From: Opitutia bacterium UBA4654
GTDB taxonomy: Bacteria > Bacteroidota > Bacteroidia > Bacteroidales > Bacteroidaceae
NCBI GenBank assembly: GCA_963658045.1
Contig: CAVKOT010000001.1
Coordinates: 1 to 45,217, forward strand
Reading direction: 5' to 3'
Length of the DNA stretch: 45,217 bases
The translations under genes were made by a program, and so were the position numbers. Below the pieces are notes generated by a model that was not told the origin of the DNA, did not search any database, and was given only the letters and a program-made list of their open reading frames with translations. This document shows, one piece after another, positions 15,023 through 23,429 of the stretch. Each line of letters opens with the position of its first letter. The first letter of the stretch is position 1.

Positions 15023-16738
15023 ATGGCAAACTACTATAGCGACAGGAAAGAGATAAAGTTTGAGCTGGAGAACAGTCCGCTCATGGAGCGCATCGTGGAA
15101 CTCAAGGAGCGCGCCTACGAGGACAAGGACCAGTATGACGAGGCACCGCAGGACTATGCGGATGCCATGGACAATTATGACCGCGTGCTGGATGTGGTGG
15201 GCGACATCACAGCCAACGTGATAGCGCCCAACGCCGAGGATGTGGATGCCGAGGGGCCTCACTGCGAGAACGGACGTGTGCGCTACGCCAGCAAGACCTA
15301 CGAGAACCTGGGCACCATGGTCCAGGCCGGCATGAACGGAATGACCATGCCACGCCGCTACGGCGGGCTTAACCTGCCCGTGACTGTATATACAGCCGCC
15401 AATGAGATTGTGTCTGCCGGTGATGCAGGCTTCCAGAACATCTGGTCGCTGCAGGACTGCATCGAGACGCTCTTCTGCTTCGGCAGCGAGGAGCAGCGCA
15501 AGAAGTATATCCCCCGCGTGTGTGCCGGGGAGACCATGTCAATGGACCTCACCGAGCCCGACGCTGGCTCGGACCTGCAGAGTGTGATGCTCAAGGCCAC
15601 CTATGACGAGGAGAACCAGTGCTGGAGGCTGAATGGCTCGAAGCGTTTCATCACCAATGGTGACTCTGACATCCACCTGGTGCTGGCGCGCTCGGAGGCT
15701 GGCACACGCGACGGACGCGGCCTGAGCATGTTCATCTATGACAAGCGTGACGGCGGAGTGGATGTGCGCCGCATCGAGAACAAGTTGGGCATCCATGGCT
15801 CACCAACGTGTGAGTTGGTGTATAAGAACGCCAAGTGCGAGATTTGCGGTGACCGCAAACTGGGCCTCATCAAGTATGTGATGTCACTGATGAACGGCGC
15901 ACGACTGGGCATAGCAGCCCAGAGTGTGGGCCTGTCACAGGCAGCCTATGACGAGGCTGTGGCCTATGCACGCGACCGCAAGCAGTTTGGGCGCGCCATT
16001 ATCGAGTTCCCCGCTGTGGCCGAGATGATAAGCAACATCAAGGCCAAGCTGGACGCTGGACGTGCCCTGCTCTACCAGACAGCACGCTATGTGGATATCT
16101 ACAAGGCACTGGAGGACATCGCACGTGACCGCAAGCTCACGCCCGAGGAGCGTGCCGAGATGAAGAAGTACAGCAAGCTGGCCGATGCCTTCACTCCCCT
16201 GGCCAAGGGCATGAACAGCGAGTATGCCAACCAGAACGGCTATGACTGCATCCAGGTGCACGGCGGCAGCGGCTTCATGCTGGAGTATGCCTGCCAGCGC
16301 ATCTACCGCGACGCACGCATCACCAGCATCTATGAGGGCACGACCCAGCTGCAGACGGTGGCTGCCATCCGCTATGTGACCAATGGATTCTACTCCTCAG
16401 TCATCGAGGACTACGCCCAGATGCCCGTGGCTCCCGAACTGGAGGATGTCAAGGCACGCGTGGCAGAGATGGCCGGGAAGTTCAACGCCAGCGTGGCCCT
16501 GGTCAAGGAGGCCGAGAGCCAGGAGGTGCATGACCTGTGCGCACGCCACCTCTATGAGATGGCTGCCGACGTGATCATGTGCCAACTGCTCATGCAGAAC
16601 GCCACCAAGGCACCCGAGCTCTTCGCCCGCTCACTGCAAGTGTTTGCCAACCATGCCGAGGCAGAGGTGGCCAGGCACTCGACACTGGTGGAGCGCATGG
16701 GCAGCACAAGCCAGGTCGAGAACTACCGCCAGGCCTGA
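15023..16738 (+). CDS. Acyl-CoA dehydrogenase family protein (long form with C-terminal extension)
   Basis: 571 aa. The acyl-CoA dehydrogenase middle and C-terminal signatures are present (LTEPDAGSDL, RFITNG, QVHGGSGF, IYEGT). It is adjacent to etfBA. Confidence 0.92.
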   Translation: MANYYSDRKEIKFELENSPLMERIVELKERAYEDKDQYDEAPQDYADAMDNYDRVLDVVGDITANVIAPNAEDVDAEGPHCENGRVRYASKTYENLGTMVQAGMNGMTMPRRYGGLNLPVTVYTAANEIVSAGDAGFQNIWSLQDCIETLFCFGSEEQRKKYIPRVCAGETMSMDLTEPDAGSDLQSVMLKATYDEENQCWRLNGSKRFITNGDSDIHLVLARSEAGTRDGRGLSMFIYDKRDGGVDVRRIENKLGIHGSPTCELVYKNAKCEICGDRKLGLIKYVMSLMNGARLGIAAQSVGLSQAAYDEAVAYARDRKQFGRAIIEFPAVAEMISNIKAKLDAGRALLYQTARYVDIYKALEDIARDRKLTPEERAEMKKYSKLADAFTPLAKGMNSEYANQNGYDCIQVHGGSGFMLEYACQRIYRDARITSIYEGTTQLQTVAAIRYVTNGFYSSVIEDYAQMPVAPELEDVKARVAEMAGKFNASVALVKEAESQEVHDLCARHLYEMAADVIMCQLLMQNATKAPELFARSLQVFANHAEAEVARHSTLVERMGSTSQVENYRQA

Positions 16739-16766
16739 TGCAGCAGGTCTGACAACAGGACACACA

Positions 16767-16802
16767 GACAAAGGGGAGCCCCTCAGAAGGTTCCCCTTTG
16801 TC
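16767..16802 (+). terminator. Strong hairpin after the acyl-CoA dehydrogenase gene (no clear U-tract)
   Basis: GACAAAGGGGAGCC (16767-16780) pairs with GGTTCCCCTTTGTC (16789-16802), including one G-U pair, with an 8-nt loop. The downstream sequence is ATATCC, so this is not a canonical intrinsic terminator. Confidence 0.35.
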
Positions 16803-16993
16803 ATATCCGCCCGCCCTGTCACCCCCTCCCCCACTGGCATTGAGCCCACAGGACACGGCTCGCCATGCCCGCTTGTCCCACCCAGGACAGCAGGCGTGAA
16901 AGGATATTAAAACTATAAGGAAAAGGCCTGGAAGATTAAACCACACGACCGGGTGGGAGTCAGACTTTCGGACACAAGAACATCACGACACCA

Positions 16994-19900
16994 ATGGAAA
17001 GAAGAATCATGCTGGCAGCGATGATGCTGCTCATGCCACTGCTGGCTCTCGCACAGCGCGTCACGCTCACCGGCACCGTCACCGACGCAGCCGACGGGAG
17101 CCCGTTGCCAGGCACCTCGGTGGTGCTGCTGAGCCAGAAGGACAGCGCACAGGTGACAGGCATCTCCACCGACGAGAACGGCAAGTTCCGCATGCCCGCC
17201 GTGAAGGCAGGCAAGTACATCATGCGTCTCACCTTTGTGGGATACGTCACCCAGTGGAAGGACATCACGCTGGAGAAGGGCAAGAAGGAGGTCAGCCTGG
17301 GCACCCTCGCCATGAAGGAGAACGCCAGCATGATGAAGGAGGCCGAGGTGGTGTCGTCAGTGGCACAGGTGGAGATGAAGGCCGACACCTTCATCTACAA
17401 CGCCGACACCTACAAGTTGCCCGAGGGCTCGGCGCTGGAGGAACTGGTGAAGAAGCTCCCCGGTGCGGAGGTGAGTGATGACGGAACCATCAAGATCAAC
17501 GGAAAGACTGTGTCCAAGGTGATGGTCGAGGGCAAGGAGTTCTTTGACAACGACACCAAGATGGCCATGAAGAACCTGCCCACCAAGATGGTGAAGAAGA
17601 TAAAGGCATACGACAAGAAGAGTGACTACACGCGCATCACGGGCATCGACGACGGCGAGGAGGAGACGGTGCTTGACCTCACAGTCAAGAAGGAGATGAA
17701 GGAGGGCTGGATAGCCAACATCGACCTGGGCTATGGCACCGAGGACCGATACACGGGCAAGGCCAACGTGAACCGCTTCCTGGACCACTCGCAGTTCTCG
17801 CTCATCCTGAGCCGGAACAATGTCAATGACAACGGATTTGGCTGGGGAGGACCGCGCTGGGGAGGTGGCGGAGGCATCACCACCAGCACCATGGCGGGAG
17901 CAAACTTCTGGTGGGACAACGGCAAGCCGGACTACTCGGCCGGACTCTTCAAGGCGGGAGGCAACATACGCTACAGCCACTCGAAGAGCAACTCGCTGTC
18001 GAAGTCCAACAGCCAGACTTTCCTTGACGAGGTGCACTCCACCTTCAGCAACCAGATGAACCAGAGCCTGAGCACAAGCAGCAACGTGAACGTGGGGCTG
18101 CGCCTGGAGTGGATGCCCGACAGCATGACCAACCTCTTCTTCCGTCCCAGTTTCTCGCACTCGCAGTCGAGCCGCAGGGGCTACAGCCAGAGTGTGACCT
18201 TCAACGATGACCCCTATGCCACCTACAACGGAGTCACCATGACCGACCCGCTCACGCAGTACAACCTGGAGGAGAACCGCATGATACGCGACAGCATAGC
18301 CGTCAACGACAATGTGCGCAGCAGCATGTCAGACAGCCACAGCAACAGCGTCGAGGGCCGTCTGCAGGTCAACCGCAGGCTGCACAAAGCAGGACGCAAC
18401 GTGACACTCAACCTGGGCGGATCCTACCAGGACAGCCAGAGCGAGTCGTTCAGCCGCTCGGTCATCAACTATTACCAGCGCGGGGACAATGACTTCACCA
18501 ACCAGTACATCACCTCGCCCAGCGTGTCCTATAACTTCCGCACGCGTCTGAGCTACACCGAGCCCATCATAGGCGCGCTCAACCTGCAGATGAGCTACCA
18601 GTTCCAGTACCGCTACAGCGACAACGACCGCAGCATGTACAGCATCGACAGCCTGCTCACCAAGTTCGGTGGCTACTACACCCAGGAGCAACTCTACCTG
18701 GGCTACATCCCCGGGCTGGACTCTCTCAACTACTGCTACAATGCCCAGAACAGCCAGTATGCCACCTACCGGGAGTACAACCACGAGGCCAACCTCATGT
18801 TCCGATACAATAAGGGAGAGAGCCGTCTCAACTTCGGCGTGAGCCTGCAGCCGCAGACCACCCACATGGACTACGCGCGCAACCTGCTGGACACCACCGT
18901 CGTGCGCCACACGTTCAACTGGGCACCCAGGGTGGATTACCGCTGGAAGATAAGCAACACCAGCGAACTGCGGGCGCGGTTCAACGGCTGGATGAACCAG
19001 CCCAGCATGACCAATCTGCTGGAGGTGACCGACAGCAGCGACCCGCTGAACATCAGCACGGGCAACAGTGGACTGCGCAGCAGCTGGCAAAACAACCTGG
19101 ACCTCTTCTACAATGCCTATGTGTCAGAGAAGCAACGCGGGTGGATGGTCAACGCGCGCTATAACCAGACGCGCAACAGCATCAGCAGTGCCACCATCTA
19201 CAACACAGAGTCGGGTGCCCGATACACGCGTCCCATGAACATCAACGGCAACTGGAACGCGGGAGGAGCCATCATGTTCAACACGGCCATGGGCAGGAAG
19301 AAGTACTTCAACGTGCACACCTTCACCAACCTCAACTACAGCAACAATGTGGGTTACCTGAGCAGTAACAGCGACGGAGCAGACTGGGGCAACATCTATC
19401 TGCCTAACGGAAGCGTGAACATGGACTACATCTTCAGCAACACACCCCTGCAGAAGGCCACCACCAAGACGACCAACGTGAACGAGAACGTGCGTCTGAA
19501 CTTCCGCAATGACCTGCTGGAGGTGGGTGTGAATGGTGGTGTGAACTACCAGCACGCACGCTCGGCCCTACAGAGGAACGCCAACATGGACAACTGGAGT
19601 TTCAACTATGGAGGCAACCTCACCATCAACGCGCCCTGGGGCACCAGTCTCAGCACCGACATCGGCGAGCAGTGCCGCCGTGGCTATGAGGACGCGAGCA
19701 TGAACACAAACGAGTTGATATGGAACGCGCAGGTAAGCCAGTCGTTCCTCAAGAACAAGGCGGCCACCATCAGTGTGCAGTGGTACGACATCCTGAGGGA
19801 GCGCAGCAGCATCAGCCGCGCCATCAGCGCGACCATGCGAAGCGACTCCTGGACCAACGCCATACACTCCTATGTGATGGTACACCTCATCTACAAACTC

Positions 19901-20002
19901 AACCTCATGGGCAGCCGGGGCGCACGCATGCAAGGCTTCGGCGGACACGGAGGCCCTGGTGGCGGCCCTGGTGGCCCAGGGAGAGGGCCAGGACACTTCT
20001 GA
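16994..20002 (+). CDS. Outer-membrane beta-barrel protein, TonB-dependent-receptor-like (CarboxypepD_reg N-domain), with a Gly/Pro-rich C-terminal tail
   Basis: 1002 aa with a signal peptide. The N-terminus is VTLTGTVTDAADGSPLPGTSVVLLSQKDSAQVTGISTDENGKF. A plug-like region (ALEELVKKLPGAEVSDDGTIKINGK) and a long barrel follow. The protein ends ...GFGGHGGPGGGPGGPGRGPGHF. Confidence 0.85.
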   Translation: MERRIMLAAMMLLMPLLALAQRVTLTGTVTDAADGSPLPGTSVVLLSQKDSAQVTGISTDENGKFRMPAVKAGKYIMRLTFVGYVTQWKDITLEKGKKEVSLGTLAMKENASMMKEAEVVSSVAQVEMKADTFIYNADTYKLPEGSALEELVKKLPGAEVSDDGTIKINGKTVSKVMVEGKEFFDNDTKMAMKNLPTKMVKKIKAYDKKSDYTRITGIDDGEEETVLDLTVKKEMKEGWIANIDLGYGTEDRYTGKANVNRFLDHSQFSLILSRNNVNDNGFGWGGPRWGGGGGITTSTMAGANFWWDNGKPDYSAGLFKAGGNIRYSHSKSNSLSKSNSQTFLDEVHSTFSNQMNQSLSTSSNVNVGLRLEWMPDSMTNLFFRPSFSHSQSSRRGYSQSVTFNDDPYATYNGVTMTDPLTQYNLEENRMIRDSIAVNDNVRSSMSDSHSNSVEGRLQVNRRLHKAGRNVTLNLGGSYQDSQSESFSRSVINYYQRGDNDFTNQYITSPSVSYNFRTRLSYTEPIIGALNLQMSYQFQYRYSDNDRSMYSIDSLLTKFGGYYTQEQLYLGYIPGLDSLNYCYNAQNSQYATYREYNHEANLMFRYNKGESRLNFGVSLQPQTTHMDYARNLLDTTVVRHTFNWAPRVDYRWKISNTSELRARFNGWMNQPSMTNLLEVTDSSDPLNISTGNSGLRSSWQNNLDLFYNAYVSEKQRGWMVNARYNQTRNSISSATIYNTESGARYTRPMNINGNWNAGGAIMFNTAMGRKKYFNVHTFTNLNYSNNVGYLSSNSDGADWGNIYLPNGSVNMDYIFSNTPLQKATTKTTNVNENVRLNFRNDLLEVGVNGGVNYQHARSALQRNANMDNWSFNYGGNLTINAPWGTSLSTDIGEQCRRGYEDASMNTNELIWNAQVSQSFLKNKAATISVQWYDILRERSSISRAISATMRSDSWTNAIHSYVMVHLIYKLNLMGSRGARMQGFGGHGGPGGGPGGPGRGPGHF

Positions 20003-20015
20003 GCACCAAGCCATG

Positions 20016-20101
20016 CATGCCCCTGCGATGCTACGCGCATGCCCCTGCGATGGCACATGCATGCCCCTGCGACGAACAACGCAGGGGCATGCATTTTTTG
20101 T
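20016..20101 (+). terminator. Composite terminator: 3 direct GCATGCCCCTGCG arms at a 22-bp period plus an inverted arm plus a T-run
   Basis: The direct arms start at 20016, 20038 and 20060. The inverted arm CGCAGGGGCATGC is at 20081-20093, followed by ATTTTTTG. Arm 3 and the inverted arm form a 13-bp stem with an 8-nt loop. Confidence 0.75.
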
Positions 20102-20134
20102 GCATCACATTGCGGGCAATCCAGCGAATTGTTG

Positions 20135-20142
20135 TAAGTTTG
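20135..20142 (+). promoter_or_regulatory. Bacteroidota -7 promoter box (TAAGTTTG)
   Basis: TAnnTTTG match. It would place the long hairpin at 20268-20393 and the HTH gene on one plus-strand transcript. Confidence 0.4.
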
Positions 20143-20267
20143 CACAAGAGATAATCCAACGGACAGGAAGCCATGATGGCCCCTGCCTATTCACCCACCC
20201 AAAAGAATCAGAACAGACAGATAACAGAGACAACTCATAACAGATACAGAACTTAGGTCATCCTTTT

Positions 20268-20393
20268 CTCCAAATCCGAAACCGCCAATTGAAGTAAACG
20301 AGAATAAGTGTGCAGAGAGTTCGCGTCCGCAAGGGCGTGAACTGATTGTGCTTATTCGTTTACGCGGTTACTTGGCGGTACCTGGATTTGGAG
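20268..20393 (+). ncRNA. Candidate structured RNA / leader element: ~126-nt extended imperfect hairpin with an apical GCAA tetraloop
   Basis: Paired blocks are CTCCAAATCC/GGATTTGGAG (20268-77 / 20384-93), ACCGCCAA/TTGGCGGT (20281-88 / 20372-79), GTAAACGA(G)AATAAG/CTTATTCGTTTAC (20294-308 / 20351-63) and GUUCGCGUCC-GCAA-GGGCGUGAAC (20319-20342). The apical stem has two G-U pairs that exist only on the plus strand. Confidence 0.4.
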
Positions 20394-20429
20394 TAAGTGA
20401 GCAACCAGTTCCGCTCTTCTTTTTTTCCC

Positions 20430-20657
20430 ATGCAACACATCGGTCAACTCATATCAGAGGAACTCCTGCGCCAGGAGCGCACGCCAGCCTGGCTGGCGGC
20501 CCACCTGGGCTGTGACCGCACCAACGCCTACAAGATACTCAAGAGAAGCAGCATCGACACTGCGCTCCTGGCACGCATCAGCAGGGTGCTCAAGCATGAT
20601 TTCTTCCACGACCTGTCAGCATCGCTCTTCTGTCGTGACAAACTGGCCACAGAGTGA
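20430..20657 (+). CDS. Small helix-turn-helix (XRE-like) DNA-binding protein
   Basis: 75 aa from MQHIGQLISEELLRQERTPAWLAAHLGCDRTNAYKILKRSSID. The ORF-track start at 20397 adds an implausible FRSSFFP extension across a T-run. Confidence 0.6.
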   Translation: MQHIGQLISEELLRQERTPAWLAAHLGCDRTNAYKILKRSSIDTALLARISRVLKHDFFHDLSASLFCRDKLATE

Positions 20658-20704
20658 AGCCAAGCCGGCCACAGGAGGCCACAGGCCTGACAAGCATTTC
20701 GCAC

Positions 20705-20712
20705 TACATTTG
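20705..20712 (+). promoter_or_regulatory. Bacteroidota -7 promoter box (TACATTTG)
   Basis: TAnnTTTG match 38 nt upstream of the ATG at 20750. Confidence 0.45.
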
Positions 20713-20749
20713 CAGCATGACAAGTACATCTAACAACAAATCGTAAATC

Positions 20750-21238
20750 ATGCTAAGAAAATTCCTCCTACTATGTGCCCTGGCTTCCTGTGCAGGTGTC
20801 TCCGCACAAAAGGTCTTAAAGGCAGGCACGCTCATCCCGCTTGCCTTCAATGAGAAAGTAACCAGCAAGAGCAACTCAGCAAACATCACCGTAGCACAAG
20901 ACGTGAAGGTGGACGGGGTGACAGTCATCGCGGCGGGCACCCCCGTGCAGAACCAAGTGACAGGCACCAAGAAGCGTGGCTGCGGACGTCCAGGCTCTGT
21001 GTCGGTGACTTTCCTCTCCACCACAGCCACCAATGGCGAGGTGGTGCGCCTGATGGGGCAACCGCTGGTCAAGGAAGGGGTAAGCAAGAAGGGAAAGGCC
21101 ATAGGCCTGGGAGTGGGCCTGGGCATCTTCATGTGGCCATGTCTGGGCTGCCTGGCCATCAAGGGTGGTGAGGCAGAGATACCCGCAGGCACCATCGTGC
21201 AGAATATGATGACGAACAATGAGGTGAGCGTCAAGTAA
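20750..21238 (+). CDS. Hypothetical lipoprotein / membrane-associated protein
   Basis: 162 aa. It has a signal peptide with a lipobox-like LASC (MLRKFLLLCALASCAG) and a hydrophobic segment AIGLGVGLGIFMWPCLGCLAI. I recognise no family. Confidence 0.55.
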   Translation: MLRKFLLLCALASCAGVSAQKVLKAGTLIPLAFNEKVTSKSNSANITVAQDVKVDGVTVIAAGTPVQNQVTGTKKRGCGRPGSVSVTFLSTTATNGEVVRLMGQPLVKEGVSKKGKAIGLGVGLGIFMWPCLGCLAIKGGEAEIPAGTIVQNMMTNNEVSVK

Positions 21239-21262
21239 CACCTCATCCTGGCCAACAACAGA

Positions 21263-21312
21263 CTCGCCCTGCCAGATGCCGCAAGCGCATCCTGCAGGGC
21301 GAGATTATGTTA
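21263..21312. terminator. Hairpin between convergent genes (candidate bidirectional terminator)
   Basis: CTCGCCCTGC (21263-72) pairs with GCAGGGCGAG (21294-303), with an inner GATGC/GCATC stem. ATTATGTTAT follows. Confidence 0.45.
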
Positions 21313-21394
21313 TCACAATATCAATTTTTTCCATCCATCACTAAAGAGTCGCACGCCTGGCACATGATAGCGGCGAGGTGTGCAAGATGGCTCT

Positions 21395-21928
21395 TTACTG
21401 GAAGAATGAGAAGTTGACGCTGCCATAGGCACGGTGCTCCACGAAGCGTGGATGCTGCGAGAAGTCGTTGTGCTTGCCATGCTCGAGCACGAAGAGGCCG
21501 CCTTCGTTGAGCAGGTTGCAGTCAAGCACGATGTCGGGCAACTGCGGCAGTTGCTCCAGGGCGTATGGCGGGTCGGCAAAGATGAAGTCAAACCGATCAC
21601 GACAGCGCGCCAAGTAGCGGAACACGTCAGCACGCACGGGAAATGCCTCCCTGGCCTGCAACTTGTCAATAAAGCCACAGATGAAGCTGAAGTGCAGCGG
21701 ATCCTGCTCCACCGACACCACATGCCCGCAGCCACGGCTCAGCAACTCAAGCGTGATGCTGCCCGTGCCCGAGAAAAGGTCGAGTGCCGAGGGAGCCTCA
21801 TCGAAGTCGATGTAGCCCTGCAGGACATTGAACAGGTTTTCCTTGGCGAAGTCCGTCGTGGGGCGTGCCTTGAAGGTGCGGGGGATGTCGAAGCGTCGTC
21901 CCTTGTATTTTCCAGTGATTACGCGCAT
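21395..21928 (-). CDS. rsmD: 16S rRNA (guanine966-N2)-methyltransferase RsmD
   Basis: The start is chosen at MRVITGKYKGRRF. RPTTDFAKENLFNVL, LDLFSGTGSITLE and ADPPY are RsmD hallmarks. The ORF-track N-terminal extension overlaps the upstream gene. Confidence 0.88.
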   Translation of the reverse strand: MRVITGKYKGRRFDIPRTFKARPTTDFAKENLFNVLQGYIDFDEAPSALDLFSGTGSITLELLSRGCGHVVSVEQDPLHFSFICGFIDKLQAREAFPVRADVFRYLARCRDRFDFIFADPPYALEQLPQLPDIVLDCNLLNEGGLFVLEHGKHNDFSQHPRFVEHRAYGSVNFSFFQ

Positions 21929-22689
21929 GTTTCTACGTTGAGTATATAGTTCGTGAGTTCCTGCCGCAGCGACTCCGATGCCCCAGTGAGCAGGCAGGGA
22001 GTCTTCTGTGCGTCCAGCCCCAGGTTGCGCCACGCGGCCATCAGGAAATAGATGCGGTCGGCATCATTGAGTGCTGGGTAGGTGCAGGCGAAGCGAAGTT
22101 GCCCGCCCGTGAGCAGGCACAGGTGCAATGTGCTGTCCTCTACGCGCGCATACATCCTGGGCTCCGCGTCCCTCTGCTTGCGGTCAGCCTCGGCCGCCTG
22201 GGCCACCACCTGTCCTGCCCTGCCCTGCAGCTCGGCCTGGGGATAGAGGTCGGTCACGGCCTGGGCCATCGGCTGGCTCAGGGAGAAGAGTTCGATGACA
22301 TCCATGCCGGGGAGTATTCTGTGACGTATGTCGGCATTGCTCACCCGCGCGCTGGAGAACGTGAGCCTGTAGAGCGAGGGCACATCCGAGCGGCGGAAGA
22401 GTTCGACAGGCACATAGGTCGAGGGGGCGTGCGACACCACCTCCACCTGGGTGTAGGTGTGCGAGGTGACACGCCCGTCCTGCAGGGCAGCCCTCAGCGC
22501 AGCCGCCCGGGCCAGGCTGTCCGCCCCGGGCATGGGCTGTCCCGCCTGCCACACCTGCCGTCCCGAGGAGTCGCTGACAGAGACAGAAAATCCATCCACG
22601 AGGACGTGGATGGACAGTCTGTATGTGGTCTGGGGGCTATTACTCCCAGTTGCCTGCATTATTGTTCCAGTTTGAGCCAGCGTCGCCAA
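21919..22689 (-). CDS. Conserved hypothetical protein (DUF3822-like, usual rsmD neighbour in Bacteroidota; alternative start at 22659)
   Basis: 256 aa, overlapping the rsmD start by 10 nt. The family assignment is from memory of the synteny and of the YRLSI..DGFS motif, and is not verified. Confidence 0.55.
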   Translation of the reverse strand: MATLAQTGTIMQATGSNSPQTTYRLSIHVLVDGFSVSVSDSSGRQVWQAGQPMPGADSLARAAALRAALQDGRVTSHTYTQVEVVSHAPSTYVPVELFRRSDVPSLYRLTFSSARVSNADIRHRILPGMDVIELFSLSQPMAQAVTDLYPQAELQGRAGQVVAQAAEADRKQRDAEPRMYARVEDSTLHLCLLTGGQLRFACTYPALNDADRIYFLMAAWRNLGLDAQKTPCLLTGASESLRQELTNYILNVETCA

Positions 22690-23335
22690 TCTTCAAGCCA
22701 GCGTATGCACCCTTGGCATCAGCCTCCTCGGCGCGGTTATAGATGAGTCGCTTGCCAGCCTTGCCCATCCCCTTGAGGAAGCAGCTGTCGGGAGCGTTGC
22801 ACTCCATCACCTGCATGATAACTTGCGAATTGGTTGATTGATAAGGTCTCGCATCCAATTCAAACTTCTGTCCATTTGAATAGGGAATATAAGGAAGTGA
22901 GTCTGGCACAAAGTCATCCCCATACAGTGAATCTCGAAGTGACACCCATACTGTATCTCTACGGAAGTGTTCCAGACCATTTGCTGCGATGGCAGCCTGG
23001 TTGCCGCTATTGACGATAGCAGCAGCTGTGGCTTCTGTCAACCCTTTGTCCATTTGGGCTTCTGTCAAGTCTCCCAACTTCTTTACAATAGGCAGCCTTC
23101 CATTACGGACAAAGTCTACCAACTCCTGCCAATCTCCACAATACACCCCATCGTGCTGCTTTTTGTACTCCTCCTCCGCCTTGCGGATGTCGATGAGCCG
23201 CGCCTTCACGACCGCCTCACGCTGAGCAACCTCCTTGTCAAACCCAATCGTGTCGGAGATGCTATGCCAGCAGATGAACAGCAGCAAAGCAGCACACACG
23301 CCCAGGATAAGATTTACAATCTTCTTCTGCTTCAT
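22640..23335 (-). CDS. Hypothetical membrane-anchored protein
   Basis: 231 aa with an N-terminal TM anchor (IVNLILGVCAALLLFICW). Its codon usage is consistent with the neighbours and it has a -7 box upstream. Confidence 0.6.
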   Translation of the reverse strand: MKQKKIVNLILGVCAALLLFICWHSISDTIGFDKEVAQREAVVKARLIDIRKAEEEYKKQHDGVYCGDWQELVDFVRNGRLPIVKKLGDLTEAQMDKGLTEATAAAIVNSGNQAAIAANGLEHFRRDTVWVSLRDSLYGDDFVPDSLPYIPYSNGQKFELDARPYQSTNSQVIMQVMECNAPDSCFLKGMGKAGKRLIYNRAEEADAKGAYAGLKIGDAGSNWNNNAGNWE

Positions 23336-23371
23336 GTCGTATTTTGTTTTTTATTTCGTATATTCGCATTA

Positions 23372-23379
23372 CAAAAGTA
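23372..23379 (-). promoter_or_regulatory. Bacteroidota -7 promoter box (TACTTTTG on the minus strand)
   Basis: The plus strand reads CAAAAGTA, 37-44 nt upstream of the ATG at 23335. Confidence 0.45.
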
Positions 23380-23429
23380 GAATAAATAATCCACATACAA
23401 GGTCTCCTTGGAGATTTTTCTGCAATAGA

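Noticed and set aside
17357-20062. Minus-strand ORFs inside the 1002-aa OM barrel gene (267, 253, 143 and 164 aa).
   Set aside because: They are antisense shadow ORFs. The plus-strand protein has a signal peptide, a CarboxypepD_reg-like domain and barrel-like sequence along its full length.
23235-23429. The ORF-track start (23235) of the helicase, which adds 65 residues.
   Set aside because: The extension overlaps the divergent gene 22640-23335 and its promoter and is hydrophobic junk (FTIFFCFMSYFVFYFVY). The conserved helicase N-terminus begins at MPFTEDL (23430).
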